In this document: positions 60,836-64,000 of the stretch, in pieces
Layout of the letters: each line of letters begins with the position of its first letter
How positions within the stretch are numbered: position 1 is the stretch's first letter
Assembly: GCA_963796455.1 (NCBI GenBank)
Contig: CAWCLO010000004.1
Coordinates: 576,001 to 640,000, forward strand
DNA length: 64,000 bases
Direction of reading: 5' to 3'
Origin: Candidatus Sulfomarinibacteraceae bacterium
GTDB taxonomy: Bacteria; Acidobacteriota; Thermoanaerobaculia; Thermoanaerobaculales; Sulfomarinibacteraceae
Program-made: the position numbers and the translations under genes
Notes under the pieces: model-generated
Told to the model about the DNA's origin: nothing
Databases searched by the model: none
What the model saw: the letters and a program-made list of their open reading frames with translations, nothing else

Positions 60836-61579
60836 CTACGAGTCGAGCCAGTTCACCTGGCCGGTGGCCAGGTCGTAAACGCCGCCGACCACGAGAAGCT
60901 CGCCGTTGTCGACCAACTCGGAGATCACCTCGCTGGAATCGAGCAAGTTGGCGATGGTCTCGCGCACGTTTTCCTCGATGGCCAAATTGAGGAAAGCCGC
61001 GTTCGACGAGTTGGCCTCGCCCTCGGTCGCTGCGTCAGCTCTCGCAATGGGGGCGTCGAAGTCGTTCAGCAGTTCAGTGAGGTTGCCGAGTTCGACACCG
61101 TCTGCGGCTCCTTTGATGGCTCCGCACGAGCTGTGGCCAAGAATCAGAATGACCTTGGAGCCGGCGACCTTGGTAGCGAACTCGAAGCTGCCGACCATGT
61201 TGACGTCCTCGACATTGCCGGCCACGCGACCGACGAAGACGTCGCCGATACCCTGGTCGAAGATGATCTCCACTGGGACCCTGGAGTCGACGCAGCTCAG
61301 GATGGTCGCCTTTGGAAACTGCCCGCCGGCGGCGGTTGCTTCGGCCTGAGCCATGTAATCACGCGGTGTCAGCAGACCCGCCGAGAAGCGCTCATTGCCC
61401 GCCTTGAGATCGGCGAGGACCTGCTGTGGAGTCATGGCCTGCTGGGCGGCAGCCGTGAGGACGTCGTGCACGAGCTCGGGTCCTGGTGGAATTTCGGCTA
61501 CCGGCGCCGGTGGGGGAGCGCACCCGACGCTGGCGAGAGCGGCCGCGGCAGCAAGAGCAATCAATAGAGGAGTCTTCAT
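60836..61579 (-). CDS. Beta-class carbonic anhydrase, lipoprotein
   Basis: SCVDSRV, RVAGN, GHSSCGA, YDLATG; lipobox LASVGC. Confidence 0.93.
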   Translation of the reverse strand: MKTPLLIALAAAAALASVGCAPPPAPVAEIPPGPELVHDVLTAAAQQAMTPQQVLADLKAGNERFSAGLLTPRDYMAQAEATAAGGQFPKATILSCVDSRVPVEIIFDQGIGDVFVGRVAGNVEDVNMVGSFEFATKVAGSKVILILGHSSCGAIKGAADGVELGNLTELLNDFDAPIARADAATEGEANSSNAAFLNLAIEENVRETIANLLDSSEVISELVDNGELLVVGGVYDLATGQVNWLDS

Positions 61580-61765
61580 GTTTGGTTCCTTTCGGTTGGT
61601 CCGTCACCACGTTCGAATCGGCGGTCGAGGCGCGGAAGGTACTCGATATTCTCAGTTGGCCGAACTCCTGCGAAACGCAACAATATTCCTGATCTTCCAT
61701 AGACATGCTGAATTCCAACGGGGTGCAACAGAGAGGTTGCCTTTGCTGAGTGGCACCTGGGGTGG

Positions 61766-61798
61766 AAAAAAACGGCGGCGTTTTGAACGCCGCCGTTT
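61766..61798 (-). terminator. Intrinsic terminator downstream of katG
   Basis: AAACGGCGGCGTT-TTG-AACGCCGCCGTTT, U-tract on the minus strand. Confidence 0.85.
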
Positions 61799-61850
61799 GT
61801 CTGTCCGCGTCATGAATATTCGCGTGGCAGAGAGCTCATTCGACCATCTG

Positions 61851-64000
<2,150 letters not shown>

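Overview
This is a GC-rich bacterial window made of a patchwork of mostly unrelated single genes in alternating orientation. By inference it is Acidobacteriota, Thermoanaerobaculia-like, judged from the PadR/permease-prefix pair, the kinase-FGE-hydrolase fusion and the recurrent secreted-protein motifs. It encodes many secreted proteins and lipoproteins, hydrolases, methyltransferases, redox enzymes, three small regulator modules (ECF sigma, PadR, TetR, each with visible DNA sites), cysK, a fused L-serine dehydratase, a beta-carbonic anhydrase and a 5'-truncated katG. I saw no rRNA, tRNA, CRISPR array, transposase or integrase. Main hidden signals: (1) a MerB (organomercurial lyase)-like gene at 42998-43746 in which both catalytic-Cys positions are in-frame TGA codons, each followed by a SECIS-like hairpin, suggesting a double selenoprotein inside a radical SAM/nitroreductase/methyltransferase cluster; (2) a secreted thioredoxin/Omp28-like protein at 25687-26481 with a U-G-H-C motif and a SECIS-like hairpin; (3) a dispersed intergenic repeat family with core GGGTGCC/GGCACCC, about 27 intergenic copies by eye, including a 76-bp MITE-like unit; (4) an invariant 14-aa motif [ILV][FY]xD[GT]FEx6W in eight unrelated secreted proteins. 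Frameshift clusters (12.4-15.2 kb, 43.1-45.6 kb, 52.9 kb, 57.95 kb) look like assembly indel errors. All calls are by eye and no database searches were run.
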